From contig JBLDXI010000028.1 of assembly GCA_047495785.1 (NCBI GenBank), forward strand, positions 620,001-684,000: a stretch of 64,000 bases of DNA, given 5' to 3'. Position numbers and translations under genes: made by a program. This document shows, piece by piece, positions 37,701 to 50,957 of this stretch (position 1 is its first letter; each line of letters opens with the position of its first letter). The notes beneath the pieces were generated by a model. It did not search any database. It was not told the origin of the DNA and saw only the letters and a program-made list of their open reading frames with translations. Origin of the DNA: Lepidodermella squamata. Lineage: Eukaryota > Animalia > Gastrotricha.

Positions 37701-40700
37701 TTGAACGGCCTTAGGGAGAAAGATTTTCCTTACTTTCGTCTTTCGTCAATAATCTCAAAGGGTTAAAATCTCCGGCGAATTTTCGGCGCGCTGCTTTTCT
37801 GGGAATGTTAAGGGAACCAAATAGACGGATTTGCTCTTCGAAAAAGTTGTTTTTTGTTTCGTTAATCGTGATTAATTTTCCTGGGTTTCTGATTTCTCCA
37901 AAATGTCTATTATTTTCAAAGTTGTTCTTGGAAATGCTTAAGAAATATAAATTCCTCAAATTGCAATGTTTTTCCAAACAGACCCAGTTCAGAAAGCAAC
38001 TGCGCGAGTTTCTGAAAAATTACAAAAAGGAAGATACTGAAAACCTTAAAATGAAGGTCCGGCGCCGGAAACGTCGAACGAAAGAAGAGATGAAGTCATC
38101 GGCAGGGAACAAAGGTAATTAACCTTTACTTGTGAATGAAAATGCTAAAAAATCAATTTAGACGTCGAACATGATTCACCGCCTTCAAAGGCGCAATCGA
38201 TTTCGAAACCTAATACTACGAATGTCGAAAATCGTTCGAAAGACAGTTCTGGGTTCAGTTTTGCTGGTGGAAGTCCTTACGAGATTACATCCGATTCTTC
38301 TCATTCATCCTTGTCGCACGAAGACGCTGGACTCGAATCTGCCAATTTACAAGACTCCCAGGCATCGAAGGTACGATCACAGACAGCGACGAGTTCGAAA
38401 TCGCCAAGTCCTGCCTCATTCATGGCCGACGCTTCGCCTGATAGATCGCCATCGCCGACAACTGGCCATGCTTCGCCCTGCCTGGCACGTCAGCCGAAAT
38501 CGAAAGTAAATCTCGCTCGCAAAAATACGGAATCGAAACGACAGACTACACCGTCGTCTAACTCAAGGTCGCCCTCCCCGTCGTCTCCTAATCGCTCAAG
38601 GTCGGAATCGCCAGTTATTTCATCGCCTCCCGCCTTTCCAGCAAACCGTAACTCGCAAAATGAACGAATTTCTATTCCTCTTCGAATTCCCATCCGTACC
38701 GCAGCGGTGTCATCGACCCCAAGATCTTGCTCGCCACCTTCAAAAGATTTCCCATCGCCTATCTCTTCGAAAAGCTTATACGCGCACGCCAGGTTGGTTT
38801 CTGCCGAATATTTTCGTTCATCGAGTAGTTGTGAATCGTCGCCGCCTGTCCCATCGAGAGAAAATCGGCGAAATGAAACGTCAACGCCATCGTCATTGCC
38901 GACTGGGGGGGACGAGACTCGTCAAAGTCTACAGATGGATGAGTCGCCTAAGTCAAACCAAGAATCTTTCTTGACTCACTTGGATTCACCGACAGCAGCA
39001 GGCTCAGTGGCAAGTAACCAAGGCTGCCCTAGGCATGAGAACTCGTCACTCGTATCACCAGCTGAGACTGAATCAGTAACCTTCTCAAGTCAACGAGTAT
39101 CTTTTCCGTAAGTTGACAATGGTCTACATTCAATCCCATAAAATGATTGGCTTCGTTTTAGCGAACGGAAACAACCAGCTGCAGAAAACGCAGCGCCATT
39201 GGTCACTCAGTCCTCTGAAAATCTATCGAAGTCCCCGCTAGTGCTCGAAACGCAGTCGGAGCAACCTCATCAAACCGTCGCAACGTCTGAAGGCCTACCG
39301 GACTCCTGCCTCTCTACTGCAAACCCTGCTTCTTCCAGGAAAGCTCAGAAAGTCACGCCTTAGTAAGTTCAACATCCTTGAGGTCAATAAAAATTTGAGC
39401 AGTAAAGAGAGCTTTATTCTTCATTTTTTTGAATTCCGCATTCGCCCATTTACTAAAGACTAATTTTTCCAACAAAACCTCATCAGTGAGCGATTTTGCT
39501 TTTTTTCCGACGAATAAATACTATTATGAATACTTGCGGTTCTGTTAATTTGCGTTCTTTAATAGCGAGCGCCGGCTGGATGCGGTGCCAACCGACGAAC
39601 AAATCGCGAAATATTTTTCGATACCGCCACATCGGTTCACAGTCAAGCCGGTCGCGGGTGATGGCAATTGCCTGTTGAGGGTCGTTTCTGATCAAGCGGA
39701 TGGCACTCCAGAAAACTGGGCAAAATACCGCAACATGGCCGCTGAATATTGGAAGCGCAAAAAGGGCGACCTGGCTGCTTTTCGGCAAGGACTTTTTCCC
39801 GAAAATGATCTCGATCAGGTTTCAGAAGAAGCTGCCGACTGGAGCGTCGACGATTACCGTAAGCATTGACTATTCCTTTTAATGTTAATAGATGGAGTAT
39901 TTACTGTTATAGTTAAAAAAATGGAAAAACCAGGGTTTTTTGCCGGAAATGAGGTTTTGGCTGCCATAGCATCAGAAATGAACGTGGTTATCAACGTGCA
40001 TCAGTTGGACAAACCGTTAACGGTGATTAGGCGGGAAGATGAGAACGCACCGCTTCCGGCAAAAGAATTCAACATCTTCTTTAACGGGCTCAATCATTAC
40101 TCAAGCTTGCGCCCTAAACGTGGGCGTAAGCCGCGCACCTCGGCAGTAGAAGAAGCTCCTTGAATTACTACGCCGATATTCGATATTCGAGGGTGGCGAG
40201 AAGGAACTTTTGTAAATATTTATTATTCATGACTTTTCAAAAAATCAGACCCTATATGTCTTAACGATTTCTTATAATTTGGCGACTCCTTTAGAATCTT
40301 TGCATGGCGCCTACATAAGTCTCTTATCTCCTATGCGACCAGTTGCTTAATAGCTTAGCCAAATTGGCTATACGAAGTAAGTGTACTATTACACACTTAA
40401 AAACTAACTAACAACTTTGCAATCTATTTGACAGCGCTTTGAATATTTCAATTCCGCTTTCAACTTGCTTTCATTCGAGCTCTCGAATAAACTTGGCATT
40501 ATCAATATTTTTAGATGGCTCCTTTTAAATCGGGACAGGTTTTGAGAACCGTGTACTGCAAATTTTGCGCTTATCGATTTTTAAACAATACCAGGCGCAA
40601 GAAACATCAAGAAGTTTGCCCAAATAGACCTTTTCAGGACTACGCAAATGATCCGACCATCGCAACGACAACTGATGATCTTCCTGTGATGGGAGATCTG

Positions 40701-43700
40701 CAGGAGCCGCGAGGCGAAACCGATGTCGAGCCTGAGTTCGCGAAGATTCACGATGATGTTAGTTTACGTGTTTACTTAGCTTGCCTAGTTATCTGCTGAT
40801 TTTCAGGTCTATGGTTTTGTGCGTCGATTAAAATGCGAATTTGTTCTTACCGAGGCAGCGATCGAATTCATTGTCCAATTCATGATGACTTCTTTTAGTC
40901 AACTTCTGGCTATGATCAACTCTACTAGTGCCCACTGTCGTCTGTCTACCATTTTCAGGGGTCTTGGTTCGAGTTACCATCGATCGCTAACTTTCTCCGT
41001 TAGTTTACAAACAGACGACGCTATGATTTACTAGTAAACCATTTAATTACAGGGCGAATTCAGATGCACACTCGAAGCCGCTGGGTCTTTCAATTATTTA
41101 CCGATAATACCTCAAGTATCGAAAATTTTCACCAAGTGTCCGGATTTCGCCTTGGCGCATGAGAAATCTGCGTTACTATCTTACGGTTTTGGCGAAGCGA
41201 TTACGTCGCCTCTAAACGGAGCTGTCGTGCAGGAATTCATCAGGGAAATCCAAGCTGATCTAATTGTGCCTCTTTTTGTTTTCTTCGATGAAGCTAACCC
41301 AGCGAGCTCGATGAGTGCAAAAGGAAAAGGCCAGGAGTTGGCTCTGTTCAGTTGGTCTTTTGTATCACAACCCGAACGCAAAACAAAGTTTGTGATTTTG
41401 ATGACCTCGAAATTATCTGTAAAATTATTTTTTTAATTTTTTAAGCATAATAACGGAATCAGACAACGTTCTGATGCTCGCCCTGGGAAAATCGGCGAGT
41501 TTGAAGGAGAAAAACGTGCCAGAAGCCGTAACTAAAAGTAAGTCAAAACTTCATGGTTCTATTCCTCAAATCTATCAGTTTTATAGATTTGTCTTTCGTC
41601 CTTGAAAAAGTCGAAGCCGAACTTGAAAATTCGTTTCGGATTACCATTTGCGACCGCGAGTATCTCGTATTTGTGGCAGTAATTGCACTCGTTGCTGACG
41701 CATTAGCTGGCCACCAAATAGGCGGATTCACGACCGCATTCGCCAAGGCGAAGTCGATCTGTCATCGGTGTATTATCACGAGAGAAGAGCTGATTACAAT
41801 ATTCGATGCATCCTGCGCCCTGCGATCTGTGGAATCCATCAACATCGATAAGTCAAAAGTCGCCATGGCGTCCTTACATGAAAAATCTAAATTGTAAGCC
41901 AACCTGAGATGAGAAATCTCCTTATTTTTATCTTGATTTTTCAGGAGAAGTTCAACTGGTGTTAACGGTGAGATATCCGGTGCTTCGCGGATGAAACACG
42001 TCAAGTATCCTGGCGGCATTCTTGCTGATCAACTTCATGACTTCGATGAAGGGTTTCTACACTCAGCTTTCGGTGAACTCCTATCCTATGCAATCTCAAA
42101 ACATGGTCTCAATATCGAAAATTTCGCCTTGGCTGTCAAGCAACACTGCTACGACCCGCTGGAAAAGCACGAATGTGTTCCGACGAACATTTTTAGCTAT
42201 GCTTCGAACATGGTATCTACGCGTCAATCGGGTACCGGGATGAGGATTCTTTGCACTCGGCTACCCTTCATTTTAAGTGGTCATTCTATGCTCCAAGACT
42301 CGAACCGATTCTTTTCCAGCACTCAATGGTTCGCTTTCATCGACATTCTCAAGGCGAGAGCAGCTATTCTCACACCTGTGTCGTTCAGATGTGACACGCC
42401 CCGCTTGGCTTCTACCATTCAAAAAATGCTACAAAATTACGTAGTTGCCTTTGAGAAAAAGAAAATTGAAGTTAAGCCGCATCGACTGACCCATTACCCG
42501 AAACAGCAAATCGATTACGGCCTTTTGAGGTGAGTATTCTAACATCAATTCTGTCAACAATAATAATCATTCTTCATAGGGCGCATGCGTCGTGGAAGTA
42601 CGAAAGAAAAATCGGCCTGTTAAAAAAGTCAATTCATGGGTTCAAAGACTCCGTTGCTGAGTCAATGTCGTTCTTCTGCACTCAGGCAGATCGGTTCATT
42701 GAACTGTTCAACTCAGCACCGAACTATCAGGTCAAGTCAAAACTAGTTTCCGAGTTGAAACTCGAATCGCCGATCGCCTGTCTGGGGGAGACAGTGGACC
42801 TGTTGTCACCGCTACGATATCGAGGGACGTTTCTTGCGCCTGGCTTGGCTATTCTACAAAATATGCCATTCATGTCGTGGTTCGATGACAACTATCTTCC
42901 CCGATTCTACATTATCCGGCACCTTATATTATTAAATAACCAAGTTTTTGCCATTGCTTCTAATTCTACCACAACCCACTTTAGCAGACGATACATTTCT
43001 TTTGAAATTGAAATTGACAGCTCACATTTATCTCTTATCAAACTAGAAGACTTGAAATTCCGAAGATCTTTTTCTGTCAAATATGTGAGAAAATCTGCTT
43101 TCGTAATTGTTGATTCTTTTCCCATTATATGAGAATAACTGAGAACTTGGAGATGTTCAAGTAAAGCAAAACGTTCTGTTTCCCCGTGTTTTTTTGGAAA
43201 GCAGAGCCGGAACGAGGGGGAGGGGGCTGGGTGGCGGAATATTGTGGCTACTTAGCACGGGTTAAATATCTGAGGATAAATATCTGGTGTAAATAGCTGT
43301 TCGTTGGATAAATAGTAGCGGCTGTTTAGTTTTTCTAACGATCAGATAAATACCAACTTGATAAATAACCATGATAGATATCTCGTCTGAATATATGATT
43401 AACCCATTCCTTGTTATTTACCAAAAATAAATTCACTTGGGTAAATAGTACGCGTAAATTAATTTGAAGGGCTAAATAGGAGGTTCTATGGGGGGTTTTT
43501 ATCCAAACAATTAAAGCAATTCGAATGGCTAATTAGCGGCTATATAGCCAGAGATTTTTTACAGTGCTGAAAAAATCGTAAATCAATGGTTATTTCCCGA
43601 ATCTTCAGTCAAAGCTTTAAATCTCTTCACATCTGTGCTTGCTCAATGGCCTTTTCGTTTTATTCATATCCAGCAATAAACACTATTTTGATACAACAAG

Positions 43701-45842
43701 ACCCCGCCATTTTTTGTGTTCAAGCTGATTGAAAAATTGATCAACTCAAACTGCCAATAAATCGGCTTTTCTCTAAACATCAATAATGTAATTTTACTTC
43801 CTGAGATCTCTCTTTATCTATCTCTGTCGAATTTGATACCTTGCTAATGATAGCTAAAATATCATTAATTGATAAAAAAAATTATCAATGAATTTCTCGA
43901 AATTGTCAATTAATCCAATAACCTGGGCATACCTAAATATTACTGCATGAATAAATAGACATATTAAATAATCTCTGCCTTTTCGCTTAAAAGCGAACTT
44001 CCGCCCTCAACTTATTTCGAGTTATTAAATCCAGAAAAATTTGAAATTTTTGGCATTTATAGTCCACTGCTTGGATCTTTTAGGAAATCTACTCGCTTAA
44101 TTATTCCAGAATAATTCAAATCTCCAGCTCTAGCAACTACTCATTCTACATCTTTCATCGTTTCAAAAATATAAATTCAAAATAAAATTAATAGGCGGGA
44201 TTTTTTAATTGAAAATATCAAGAATAGTAATAAATATAAATGTCCGCTCTTCAAGACTAGCGACTTACCATGCAAGCATCAGTGTAGCAGCCGCCCTTTC
44301 GATCGAATTTCGACTCGCCAACGCCGTTTTTAAACGTGAAAGCCAGCGAAATGTCTAAGTCTTCATTCGACGTATTCTTCAAGTCCCAAACAAACACCGC
44401 ACACGGCAGGCACGACTCCTTGTAATCCCCCGGGATGATCGGCGTGATTTGCCGACACACCGCCTCGACGCCGCAATGACCGGATAGGTCGTAGGTGGTC
44501 CACGATCGCGGGTAAATTGCGCGATACGTGACAGATTCGCGGTGGTTGAACCGCTTCCATTCGGGTAGAACTGATGGTTTTTTCTTTGACACCTGCCCAG
44601 CGACTAGGAGGGCCTGTTGCCAGGCGTGAGGGTTCTGCGGCTGAGCGGCAGCACGAGCCGATGGCACAACTCGGAGAATAAACTGATCAGCCTGAAAATA
44701 TTTAAAAAATATATGTTGATGATGAATAGTAGCGCGAAAGGGGCCTTTATTTAGGTAATTGTTAATTAAAGCATAATTTAGGATTAATTAGAAAATTAGA
44801 AAAATTTGACGGAAAATTAAAAAATTAGAATAATTTAAGCAAAAATTATAAAATTATCTGCAGCTAGAAACTAAGAATATTGAAGTATGTTTTTGCGGCA
44901 GGCCCCTTTTTCATACGGTGTGTCATTAGCTGGATACAAAAAACCAGTACTTATTTGAGCACGAATATACGGGCCAATAACAATATTTGCTATAGTATAA
45001 ATCCCCTTTCTTTGTGCTCGGTTGAGTAGTCATCAAACAATACGCGCTAAATAAAGGTACAGGCGTCCGGAACGAGACCAGAAAACCAAACTTATTTATA
45101 GGTCAAATCCTATAATTTTTATATGAATGTCCAATGAAGGTCAGAATTTAGCCACGAACCGGCAGTTTTTTGTACATTTTACGCACGAATTGAGCCTAAT
45201 TTTAGCACGAATTAAACAAATTTAGCATAATTGATCGAGAGTTTTTATTATTAATATAGAAATTAGTTATTTTCAAGTAATTTAAAAATCTATACTTACT
45301 TCGACTGGCTTGTAAGAATAGTGGCCGGGAATCATCTGAAACCTGCAGAAAGCACCACCATACGCCCGGCCGATAGTCCCCGATCCGATACCACCGATTG
45401 GGGCGCCGTAAATCGGCCGATACGGCACAAGATTGGCCTGATCCATGGGCACGCGTTGATTGGCAAGGCGCTTCTTGATCCAAAATTTGGCGAAATTCGG
45501 CACTTGACCCAGCAGTGGCAACACCTGTTTGAGCCGCGGCAGGTACAACGGCGTTCCAGGGCGCGGGAATGAATGGTCGAGTTTGACGGACCATCCTAGC
45601 TGGGAGACGGTCAAATTTTGGAGGTCCTGCTGTGATGGGGGGCGTTTCATTGACGGCATTCGTTGCGGGCGAGCAACGACTGATTTCTGGTTATCATCAA
45701 CAACAACTTGAGGTAGCTTTTCATCGGCTGGCGGGTCTTCCGAGTCTGTGCTGTCTGGAATTTGTTCGTTATTCGACTCGGAAAATTCGCGAAGAGTCAC
45801 TTCTGACGGCAGAAGGACTTCAACTTCAGAAAATGAAGACAT
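31736..45842 (-). CDS. GBA2: Non-lysosomal glucosylceramidase (GH116), copy B, with a ~10-kb intron (~34253-44266)
   Basis: Same conserved motifs as copy A across exons at ~45300-45842, 44267-44691, 33503-34252, 32841-33058 and 31736-32576. Confidence 0.93.
34548..34757 (+). CDS. Putative secreted six-cysteine peptide nested antisense in GBA2-B intron
   Basis: [69 protein letters not shown]: hydrophobic leader, dibasic site, CC-C-C-C-C. Confidence 0.5.
   Translation: MRSTAAAIVVACCAFILGLITFYSFLLSPLARGDSRRCCSPSFTCYCWFRQRCPFSAICTPGTGHSTQL
36194..40163 (+). CDS. Transposon accessory protein: SAM-like N-terminus, basic NLS, Ser/Pro-rich linker, C-terminal OTU cysteine protease (8 exons, ~760 aa)
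   Basis: All exons splice in frame by GT-AG. OTU Cys box [15 protein letters not shown], central [11 protein letters not shown], His box [10 protein letters not shown]; NLS-like KVRRRKRR. The SAM-like call is tentative. Confidence 0.85.
40515..43132 (+). CDS. EnSpm/CMC-type transposase (7 exons)
   Basis: N-terminal CxxC-x12-H-x3-C finger; FVFFDEANP; [17 protein letters not shown]; DQLHDFDEG; [13 protein letters not shown]; WKYERK. No stops or frameshifts after splicing. Confidence 0.88.
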
Positions 45843-46501
45843 TAAAAAATGTTTGTAGTATAATTTTGTCTAAATAAAACAAAGAGAAATTAGCAATTTT
45901 TTCCGATTATCATTTCGATTTTTTTATCGACAAACTTCAAAAGCAATTCTATGTGGTTTTTTCATAACGAATAAAGAAAGTTTTAAGAGATTCCCGGCGA
46001 AAAATTCGAAACGCGCAAGCCGAAAAAATGAAGAGAAAAAATCACAAATAAATAATGTTATAATTATATATTGCAAATACAAGGCGATGTTATTTTTCTC
46101 ACACAAAATTTCGATCGGAAAGTTGACGCAGACGGAAGCTAAAACGCGAATGGAAGCACAGAGAAAAACTGTTGAATGTTGCAAGATGGCTATATTTGCG
46201 TAGTTAACACTGCATTAATAGTCGACTTTCTTCGTTTCATGATAGAAAAAATATAGAAAAAGAGTGAATTTGAAGTTTTAACAAATAATAGCACTCGCGC
46301 ACTACAAGATTTCTTTGATAACCGAAATGAGAAAATTTTCCAATTTTTTCGCAATAACTTAAGATTCGAAAATTTATCAGCATTTCGATCATCAAAAGAT
46401 GCAGTCTCGAAATGTATTGATTTTTCACAATATATTCAAAGGCAATAATAGTTTTTTCGGAATTTCACAAGTTTTTTTTATACACATAGGTAGTAGGACT
46501 T

Positions 46502-49072
46502 CTAGCCCCTGGCAAATACAGCATAGTTAACAGGATGCCGTAGGTATATTTCAATTTCCTGCGAAATAATTGGCGTCGCCGATGATAAATGGTGTTGCAC
46601 GAGGTGCGCAATGCTGATGAACTGGCGGTCGCGCGTCCGCACCGCGCCTTCCGGGTCGATGAGCAGCAAATGCTTGACGCCGCAGAACTCGGTGCGGCCG
46701 CTTAGCACGAACTGGCCGGGCGTTCGGCCCGATTCGCGGACGAGAAAATCGCCGGCGTTCACGAGACGCGCTTCGGCTTCGTCGCGGTCGATGGCGCCGT
46801 GGAACCACGGCTGCCCGTAGACACCCTGCTTTTGTTGCACTTTAATCGGGGAGGTAGAGTCGACTGAAAAACCTGAAAGTATTCAGAGGAAAATGTTAAA
46901 AATTGACTGGGAAAATGAGAGGAGTAGCAGTTTGATGCGAAAATTTGCAAAAAATAAGGCCACATTAAAAATCATTCAAATTGGCAATTTTTGCCTTGAG
47001 AAAGTATTTTGAAAACTAATAAAATAATAGAAATATTTTCCGAATTCCGAATTCAGCTTTAAATTCAGCTTCAGCATTTCATTCTCATTTTCTATTCATT
47101 TCCGCCAATAATACAAAAATAAAACATTTTACTTTTCAAATGCGAAACTCAACTTCAAGTGCAATAAAATGTCGAGAAAAAATAAATTCGGTTAAAGTTA
47201 AACATACCTTAATAACTGAATTACATAGTTCAAAACATATCGTATTTTATCGAAAATTCTAAATGCCAAATAGGTTCACAACTGTCCCAATTTATGGTAA
47301 CAGCCCAAAATTTGAGGCTCTGGTAATAGATTATCCCACAGAATGGTGTCTTCTGAGTTTCCCGATCCAATATCGATTTCAAGTATTGAATTTACTAATC
47401 AGTGATTTTCCGATATCAACGAGCCCGAGAATGAATCCCTGACTGATGGTACCAGGAGGAAATAAAATGAAATATCCCAGGGCCAGAAAAAGTCTTTATT
47501 TTAGTGGTGAAAATATGTTGACTCTTAAATTTCTTTAATCATAAATTGGATAAATTCTTACTTTGATTATTAGGCTGGGGCGACATCAAACTGCCAGCGC
47601 TGCCTATCGAATCGTTGACATATTCTCGCGAATCGTGGCTCATATTCAAATTATGGTGATTGCCATTGTTTCCATTACTCCGCGATTGCTTGTTACCCGG
47701 CGATACGTTGTTGCTATTGCTAACCAACGCCGGCTTGTCGCGAATGATCTCCGCAAAGGTTGTTGTGTTAGGTGGCAGTGAAGTCGTCGACTGGTTCTGT
47801 TGCGGCTGCGACTGCAGAAAATCACCGGCATGAGCGAGCAGTTGATTGCGTTGCGCAACTAGTCGACTGAATTTGAGATCGAAAGCCTGGCCCAGCGTGC
47901 CGATGAGCTCCTTCGCGACGGGCACGCTCGGCGCCAACAGCACGTGACACGCCCGGCCTTGCTCAGCATCTTTCGCCACGAAAGCAACGCAAGATGACAC
48001 ATCCTGGTTACAAAACAGGGAAAATTTAGAGAACTGATAAAGAACTTGTGCTGCTGGGGGTTGAAAATTGGCGCGTGAAGGTGTGCCACGTGCCACAGAA
48101 ATAGCACGTGCGAATAACAAATGTTACGTTAATTTTGGAGGTCAAAAGGTCAAAAACTGGTTTTTGTACTTACGTCGTCACCTTTCGAGGCGAATGACAC
48201 CAGCGAGAGTTGAAAACAACCGATACGCTGCAATAAAAACAGACATTAGAAATGATAAGCAATTTTTAAAAAAATTGCGAATTTGAATGAATTTTTTTAG
48301 TTCAATCGACCAAATTTTTGGACATTTGAATAACATCTACAGGCTCCGTTGAGTCTCGAAAAATCCACTTACATCTCCTGATACTCGGTCTGAGATGAGC
48401 AATCGTTCAATGTTGACCGAAACTGTAACAGGCTGGTTTGCGTTCGATAAATCTGGCGAAGTCCCCACAAATTGACCGAGTTGTTGCGTTGAAGCTGACG
48501 AAGAGCTCTAAAATATGAGAAACCATTAATGGTCATTTCAATTTTTAGAGAAGTAAAAAAGTTAGAAATCATAGCCAGAAGTTTCAATCTAATCATTCTC
48601 AAGTTTTTGATAATAAAATTCTAGTAATTTTATTCATCTCCAAACTTCCGAAAATTCATCGGACAAGTTCTTTTTAAACTCCATTTTTCTCGTGAGCCTT
48701 ACTATTAAATATTTAAATTAAAAAAAATATGTATCAAACTAACCGCTGATCGTTTTCGAATTGGAGCACTCGGATACAGCGCGCCGTATATTCGATCGAT
48801 ACATTCTCGGGCAAGAATAGTTCGAGACGTGAAATCCAAGTCTTTCATAGGCCGAAGCACTTCGATAGAACCGCAATACTGCCGTTAATAAAGCCAGTTA
48901 TTTTCAATATTCCGAGTCAAGCACAAAAAATTACCGTCACATCATAGCTTAGACCTTGCTCACTCATCAAATCGTTATCGGAATGAGGCCACACTGTAGA
49001 GGTCGTTGCGCTGCTGTCATTCTGATTTTGATTCGACGCATTGGAATGTTGTGTCACTATTACCGATGCCAT
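46502..49072 (-). CDS. SHC1: SHC adaptor protein (PTB + SH2)
   Basis: PTB: WPHSD...SYDVTYCGSIEVLRPMKDLDF.SRT..ARE, VAFVAKD...RACHV, IGTLGQAF. SH2: WFHGAIDR, GDFLVRES, KHLLLIDPEGAVRTRD. Symbol denotes the family. Confidence 0.92.
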
Positions 49073-49176
49073 CCGAAATTTCACATTAAAAACTACACCA
49101 AATTGAAATTGAATAAAAAAATTAATGAAAATGTTTTTGCAGCCCAACAATAACATTAAAATTCGATTTTTTCTTT

Positions 49177-49582
49177 CTATAACATTTTGACGATTTTTTT
49201 CGGCTTTTTCACCCCGCCACTGATTGTGGCCGGCGATTTCGAGGTTTGCGATGACGAGGAGCCGTGAAAAGCTGGCGGCAGGGACGGCTCAGGTGACGTG
49301 ATTTTACTACTCGAGTTGTATAACCGCTTCATCGGCCCCTCTCCACTTTCTTCATTTTCCACCATAACAAAAGGAGTGTCGACGTCACCGCCTTCGTAAG
49401 GCTGTATCGTATCGCAGTATACTCTGTTCGCTGGTAATAAAAAATTAGGAAAAATAAAATTAAGCTGATCAAATAATGAGAATTTATGACTCACGTTTTA
49501 AAGATTGTTCAGCTTCCAACTCGCGTTGTTTTGCGTCAAATGGTGACGAAGTCGATGGGGCAGACTCGGCTCGCTTTTTCAT
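49177..49582 (-). CDS. Small 2-exon ORF (113 aa) directly upstream of SHC; separate gene or SHC N-terminal extension
   Basis: ATG 49582; intron 49431-49494 (GTGAG...CCAG) splices in frame; stop at 49177. Confidence 0.45.
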
Positions 49583-50735
49583 ACCTCTCTATAATAAAAA
49601 AATGAGAGAAAATTACAGAAAATTTGGTAATTATAATAAAATAGGAAATAAAATGTTGAGAAAAAAATTACCTTTTGAAATTGCCAACTATCAGCTTTGT
49701 TGACACGCCGTTTTGAGAAATGATCCAAATTAGCGAATCGAGTCATTTTTAAAGTCAAAAATATCTAAAAATAATAATTCAGGAGATTTTAATTCATTTT
49801 CATTCCATCATTTTTTGATCGACTGCTATTCGTTTTTTCAAGGCTGATCTTTGACATCCAATACACGTATATAATAATAATATAATATTGCTCCAGATTA
49901 CAATAATCATCTGAATAATTGCGACTATAATATGTTATTTTCGACGGAAAAAAGAGGCACCCAGCAGAGAGAGAGAGAGAATAGAATGAACACAAGCTAG
50001 TGCAAATAAGTCACAGCACAAAAGAAGAAGAAGCTCATCATCGTTTTTAAACGGACAAAAATTTCGAACAGAAAAGCGACGATTTATCATCCATTTAAAC
50101 AGTAAAAATGACGGGAAGAATAATCAGCGAGATTTACGCGAGAAATTTCATCGATTCATTCCAGAACAAAATCAGTTAGCGTCGAGTGGCGCCGGCTTAT
50201 AAGTGGCACACAACCGTTGTTGCTTCAAATACTGCTGCTGTTAATGAACAAAATCTTCTTTCGAGGCAAAAAACTTTCCGGAAAAATTGTTAAATCAAAG
50301 AAATTCAACCAAAATGTGTATTTTCATCTCATGAAGTGTGTTATTTTGGTCGACGTTATCCAGTCAGTAGTAGTGATATCATGCATTTCATACAAAAAGC
50401 AGAAGGTTTTATTCAGTTCATTTATATAAAAGCTCATATTTAGGGCGAAGAAATACAGAAATTAATTATAGTCATTACGTCTCGGTTTATAGTTTCCGGT
50501 GCAGAACTCTAATCAATAATCGGAAGCAGATTGCATTTTTCTGGCTCTTGAGGCAAAAATTATCTAGGTCGCTCTAATGGAGAACAATTAGTAAAAAATT
50601 ATCAATTAAATCTAACATTAAATTGTGTCTCCCAAATACAATTCTTTGGAATATATATTCATAGTTTTGGGACATCGCACACAAAATTTAATATTCCTCA
50701 GACCCTCGCTAAGACTTCATGAAGGGGAAAATCGA

Positions 50736-50781
50736 TTTCTATGCATCTCAACAATATTTTCTATGCATCTCAACAATATTT
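50736..50781. repeat. Tandem duplication of ~22 bp
   Basis: tttctatgcatctcaacaatat occurs twice head to tail. Confidence 0.8.
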
Positions 50782-50957
50782 ATTGCAGCTTTTCGTGAAG
50801 AATAGGGCAATTTTTATATAAAATCTACCTCCTCCTCTTTTAATAGAGCTTCTCTCAGTGATTTTTGTCTCAATGAACGAATAAATTTGCGGTGTCATTT
50901 TTTTCCAGAGTTTAATAATTAATAATAAATTTATCAGATAGACGAAAAAAATACTAA

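Larger units (their letters stand above)
35776..43566 (+). mobile_element. CMC/EnSpm-type DNA transposon, 7791 bp, apparently autonomous
   Basis: 28-bp perfect TIRs CACTGTAAAAAATCTCTGGCTATATAGC (35776-35803; 43539-43566), 2-bp TSD CT, two intact spliced genes. Confidence 0.95.
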
